A stretch of 63,994 bases of DNA, the filler included, from Piptocephalis cylindrospora (lineage: Eukaryota): NCBI GenBank assembly GCA_003614145.1. It is 16 parts of 16 records of this genome, joined end to end, with 100 filler letters (N's around TTAATTAATTAA, not from the genome) between each part and the next. Parts side by side here need not be neighbours in the genome. Positions count along the whole stretch, not along the records: positions 56,999 to 60,942 come from KZ988597.1; positions 61,043 to 63,994 come from KZ988760.1; 14 more parts are not named here. One strand, written 5' to 3'. The translations under genes were made by a program, and so were the position numbers. This document shows positions 60,367 through 63,994 of this stretch, in pieces (within the stretch, counting starts at the first letter, position 1; every line of letters starts with the position of its first letter). The notes below the pieces were generated by a model. It did not search any database, was not told the DNA's origin, and saw only the letters and a program-made list of their open reading frames with translations.

Positions 60367-60942
60367 TCAAGCCTTACCGCCCTCCATCTTGGTCTCCTTG
60401 GGCCATATACCAGCCCTCTGATAACTGGCAACTTGGGCCTTGAGGCCCTCCACGGTTACTCCTGACCACTTGTACTGATAGCCCGTTTCCCGTGTAAGCT
60501 TTCCTCCATCCACATTGACTTCCTCAAACTGAAGGTACGTCTCATCCATATACGGAGACAGCTGGGAGTTGTGGATGCCCGAATCCTCCAGAAGCTTGGT
60601 CCAGGGCTTCATGTGCTTCTCATTGACCTCGTCCCGCACCATCTCCATCTTGAGGGCCACATGATACATTTTAAGTTTGATTGAGCCGTAAAATTGGACG
60701 GGGACATCAAAGACCTTTCCTACAGCCCTTACAATATCTCCATGGGCTAGAAGGAGGCTGAAGTGAGCGGGTGATCAGGGAAACCTGGGGCTATCTCTGC
60801 TCACTTACTGGTCTTGCCCTTATCAGCCAAATTGAAGATCACGGTACCACTACGTCCCTTCTTTCGGTACCATTGGGTAGCCTCCCATGTCGCCTCCACG
60901 ATGTCGTCCACGTGAATGGTGTGACAAGCCATGCTTTCAGAA
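60367..60942 (-). CDS. Extended-SDR / NAD-dependent epimerase-like protein, C-terminal exons
   Basis: HTIHVDDIVEA, IFNLADKGKT, NEKHMKPWTKLL, LSPYMD, VDGGKL and GIWP. Confidence 0.75.
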
Positions 60943-61473
60943 NNNNNNNNNNNNNNNNNNNNNNNNNNNNNNNNNNNNNNNNNNNNTTAATTAATTAANN
61001 NNNNNNNNNNNNNNNNNNNNNNNNNNNNNNNNNNNNNNNNNNACCATTGTTCTATGTTCACCTTCCACACTTACTCCCTCCCTTCTCTGATGCTAGTATA
61101 CAAGGGGCTTGTCCTAAACGCCCCTCCCAAGCCTCACAGTTCCCGGGCCAAGTTAGGTAGGGCCAAGTCATCACCTCCATCTTGTCCTGTCTCCAGTAGG
61201 AGGCCTCTCAGAGCTTTTCATGAGTCCTATCCTACTCCGACACGATCTCCGCCCTTGCCTCACTTTATCCCCCACAACCACTCTACCTCACGATTGCTCC
61301 AGTGCCTGCTACACTTGATAGGGTTTAAAAAGCCACGCATGAGAGCAAGCAAGAGTACGGATTCTCGATCTCCTTTTTTTTACTCCCTCCTCTTCGTCCC
61401 CTCCATCTCCATCTCCGCCTCCGCCTCTTTTCCTCCTTAACTTGTCTCTATCCCCTCCCCTTCTCTATTTAAT

Positions 61474-62100
61474 ATGGCCTCGTCCGTCCTTTCCCTCCTC
61501 CCTGGTCTTGCCCTGGTCGTGGCAGGCGTCCCTGTGGTCCTGGCAAAGGGTGGTAGACGTGGAGGAAGCTTTGGCAGTGGAGGATCTGGGACCTGCGGTG
61601 AAACATGCTATGTGCCCATTATCGCCGTTGTCCTCGTCCTCTTGCTTTTGACGATGACGCATTGGCTTCGCAAGAAGAGTCGCCAGCGGATCCTCCTTCA
61701 AAAGGTCAATCCCTATCCTAATAATAATACTACTACCCCTATCGGTGCACCTCCTTCTGGGGTTGTTTACCAGGATCCCGCCCTAATGGCCGCTCAGAAT
61801 GGCCAAACCATGGCCACTCACACGTCCAGCAATCCGATGTACCAGGCTCCTACTCCCCAATACTACACCCCTCCTGGAGGTTACCCTACTCCTCAAGGCT
61901 ACCCTGCTCCTCAAGGCTACCCTGTCTCCCAGCCCGGGGCCTATCCCATTTCCCAGCCAGGTACCTACCCAGATCCGCAACCCGGAAGCTATGCGGCCCC
62001 ATATCCAACCCAGAGCGTTCCCGTGACGTCCTATCCTGCCGCCATGCCAGATCCTGCGGCTCACACCCCATCTGCCCACCACCCTCCTACCGTTCAGTAG
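61474..62100 (+). CDS. Single-pass membrane protein with Pro/Tyr/Gln-rich cytoplasmic repeats
   Basis: Signal peptide, short Gly-rich ectodomain with CGETC, one TM helix followed by RKKSR, then GYPxPQ/YPxSQPG repeats. Confidence 0.8.
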   Translation: MASSVLSLLPGLALVVAGVPVVLAKGGRRGGSFGSGGSGTCGETCYVPIIAVVLVLLLLTMTHWLRKKSRQRILLQKVNPYPNNNTTTPIGAPPSGVVYQDPALMAAQNGQTMATHTSSNPMYQAPTPQYYTPPGGYPTPQGYPAPQGYPVSQPGAYPISQPGTYPDPQPGSYAAPYPTQSVPVTSYPAAMPDPAAHTPSAHHPPTVQ

Positions 62101-62341
62101 GTGAATGAGGCGAGGGGAGGCTATCCGCATCCCACATGTTGGATGCATGGCTTCTGGTGCTTTTGAATCATGGTCATCCATATGAACCTATGCTCATGGT
62201 ACATATGCGTGTATGACTTTTCTGGTCGGGTGATGATAGTAATAATACCACAAGATTCCTCCTTCGATACCCTTCCTTCGGATTTCATTTTATCTCGCTG
62301 TCAATTAAATCGTACATGAACCCGCACTACCCTTTATACGC

Positions 62342-63355
62342 TTAGTCACCCATGGCTCTTTCCAATATATCCTCCCCACATACATCGGATAAAACATCTA
62401 GAACCTCACGAAGCCAATCTGTCACTCCCTCGGTCGTTAGGGCCGAGCATCTGACCACAATCCCAGCCCCGTCTCGAGTATCGCACACGCTCCAAATAAG
62501 AGGGGGTGGACTTCTACATGGGTGCATTTCTCGCTGGGCCCCAGCTCCACGGAAATATGCGATGGTCGGCTCCACCTGGTGGCCCCAGACGATAAGGGTG
62601 GCATAGCAGTTATATGGTCCCAGGTAAGGCACGCGATTTGGGACTACCTCCATAAGATCCCGTAGGAGTAGACGTCCTTGGACATGAACAGAAATATCGC
62701 TTAAATACGAGGAGAAGGCCCATCGATCGCCATGACCTGGCCGGCCTGCCGTGAACCAATCCAGGAGGACCAGGGAGGAAGAGGAGGAGTCTTCGAGGTG
62801 TATATGCTGTATTTGTCGGAAGATCGCATCACGAAAAGGACTCACTGGGCATGGGAGTAGGACTAGGGTAGAGCTGGCACCAACATGGGCATTGAGGATT
62901 GATGTGGCGCCAGTGGGCCTTAGTTCATCCGTTGATGAGGTCGTCCCATCCTGGAGGGCTGTCATGGGCCTTCGACGCTTAAATACCTTAGTGGAACCCT
63001 GGGTCAGGAGACAAAAGGTGGCCCCTCCATCCACTCGAGCATTCATCTCCACTTTGTCTCCATCCACCATTCCGCCTCTGCGTTAAGGGAAGCATGAGAG
63101 AGGAGAAAGCCGAGTTGTTTAGTGAGGAAGCGAGTAGGGCTAATACAAGACGACTTACCCATAACCCATATTGTAGACACAGCCAACACCAGGTTGCAAA
63201 GCTTGTGTGGACATCAACTTGAGTGGGTATGTGCAGGAGAAGTGGGGGTATTGTACTGAACCCCTCGCTGTCGCACTCCCGGATGCCTCCTGGATGGGTA
63301 GGGTGATGTGAATACGACCAGAACCCGGCGCTAGGTCATCGACTGGGGTGGACAT
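62342..63355 (-). CDS. ureD: Urease accessory protein UreD (exons 63159..63355, 62342..63077)
   Basis: TYPLKL, GYG|GGMVDGD, LLTQGSTKVFK, LVLLPCPVSPF, LDWFTAGR and YATL. Confidence 0.92.
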
Positions 63356-63994
63356 GGAGGTACCGGTGAACAAGGTGCTTCCTGATGCAAGAGTGGGGGA
63401 GAGAGAGGGCTTGGAATTGTAATGACTCTGCCTGAACGGTGACAGCACGAGGAGAACTGATGGATTCGCACGGTACAGTACAATGCAATAATAACACAGT
63501 GCAAATATGTGTAAATTTGATACAAGCTATACGAGATAAACGCGAATTACTTTTGACGGTGTATCTTTTTAAATAGATGGGCATACGATTATAGATTACT
63601 ACACATTCGATGTTTACTACTACTACTACACATCCGATTACCACGAAAAGATACGATCGATCTTCATTGATCTAAGGTAGCGGTATACATTTTCATCGCT
63701 TCTCTCATTCCACATATACTTTTGACTTACACTGTATTCCCTGGATGACGATAATGGCTGAGAGTGTGGCTATTTTTAGTCAAGCCAGGAGAGCCTCCTA
63801 CCCTCGTTCAATCCCAGATGACTCTATTCATACTCCGGGGGATGGGCAGACATGGGCTGAGGGGTGCTCGACGATTATCAGCCAGAAAATGTGCGAATGG
63901 GAGTGTGTGCGTACCCGACCAGGGCCTAAGTTTGTAACTCCTGTTTAAATACCGCACGATGGAGGTGCACTCGTTTGGCCCAGTACTATTTTCA

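Noticed and set aside
3997..61042. Regularly spaced TTAATTAATTAA palindromes every ~4 kb as a biological repeat array
   Set aside because: They are always centred in 88 Ns between size-sorted contigs, so they are an artificial linker. Gene adjacency across linkers carries no meaning.

Overview
This window is not one locus. It is 16 unrelated ~4-kb contigs of an intron-containing eukaryotic genome, joined by a 100-bp artificial linker (N44-TTAATTAATTAA-N44) and sorted by decreasing length (3996, 3992, 3987 ... 3944 bp; the last is cut by the window edge). Gene content, short GT-AG introns and CT-rich leaders indicate a fungus, probably an early-diverging lineage such as Zoopagomycota (inference). 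Recognisable genes or fragments: lanosterol synthase, HBS1, ATG15, ATG7, MET2, SPF27/BCAS2, mitochondrial bL33, ArfGAP GCS1, NF-X1/FAP1, three mitochondrial carriers, ERD1, LCB2, acyl-protein thioesterase, a formin, MAK5/DDX24, a HAL/NPR-type kinase, an ADP1-like ABCG transporter, a TXNDC17-like protein and UreD. There are also two multi-pass receptor-like proteins and four orphan secreted proteins. Two distinct Ty3/Gypsy retrotransposons are present. The best-supported find is in the second element: a complete -1 ribosomal frameshift cassette (U_UUA_AAC, 5-nt spacer, predicted H-type pseudoknot), a primer-binding site resembling the tRNA-Phe 3' end, and a 28-aa insertion in reverse transcriptase. 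A 10-mer (ACTCCGACAC) recurs upstream of unrelated genes. Several apparent fusions and terminal inverted repeats (ATG15/ATG7, CRC1/LCB2, kinase/carrier) are best explained as amplification or assembly chimeras. I found no CRISPR array, rRNA or tRNA gene. All family assignments are from motif recognition, not database searches.
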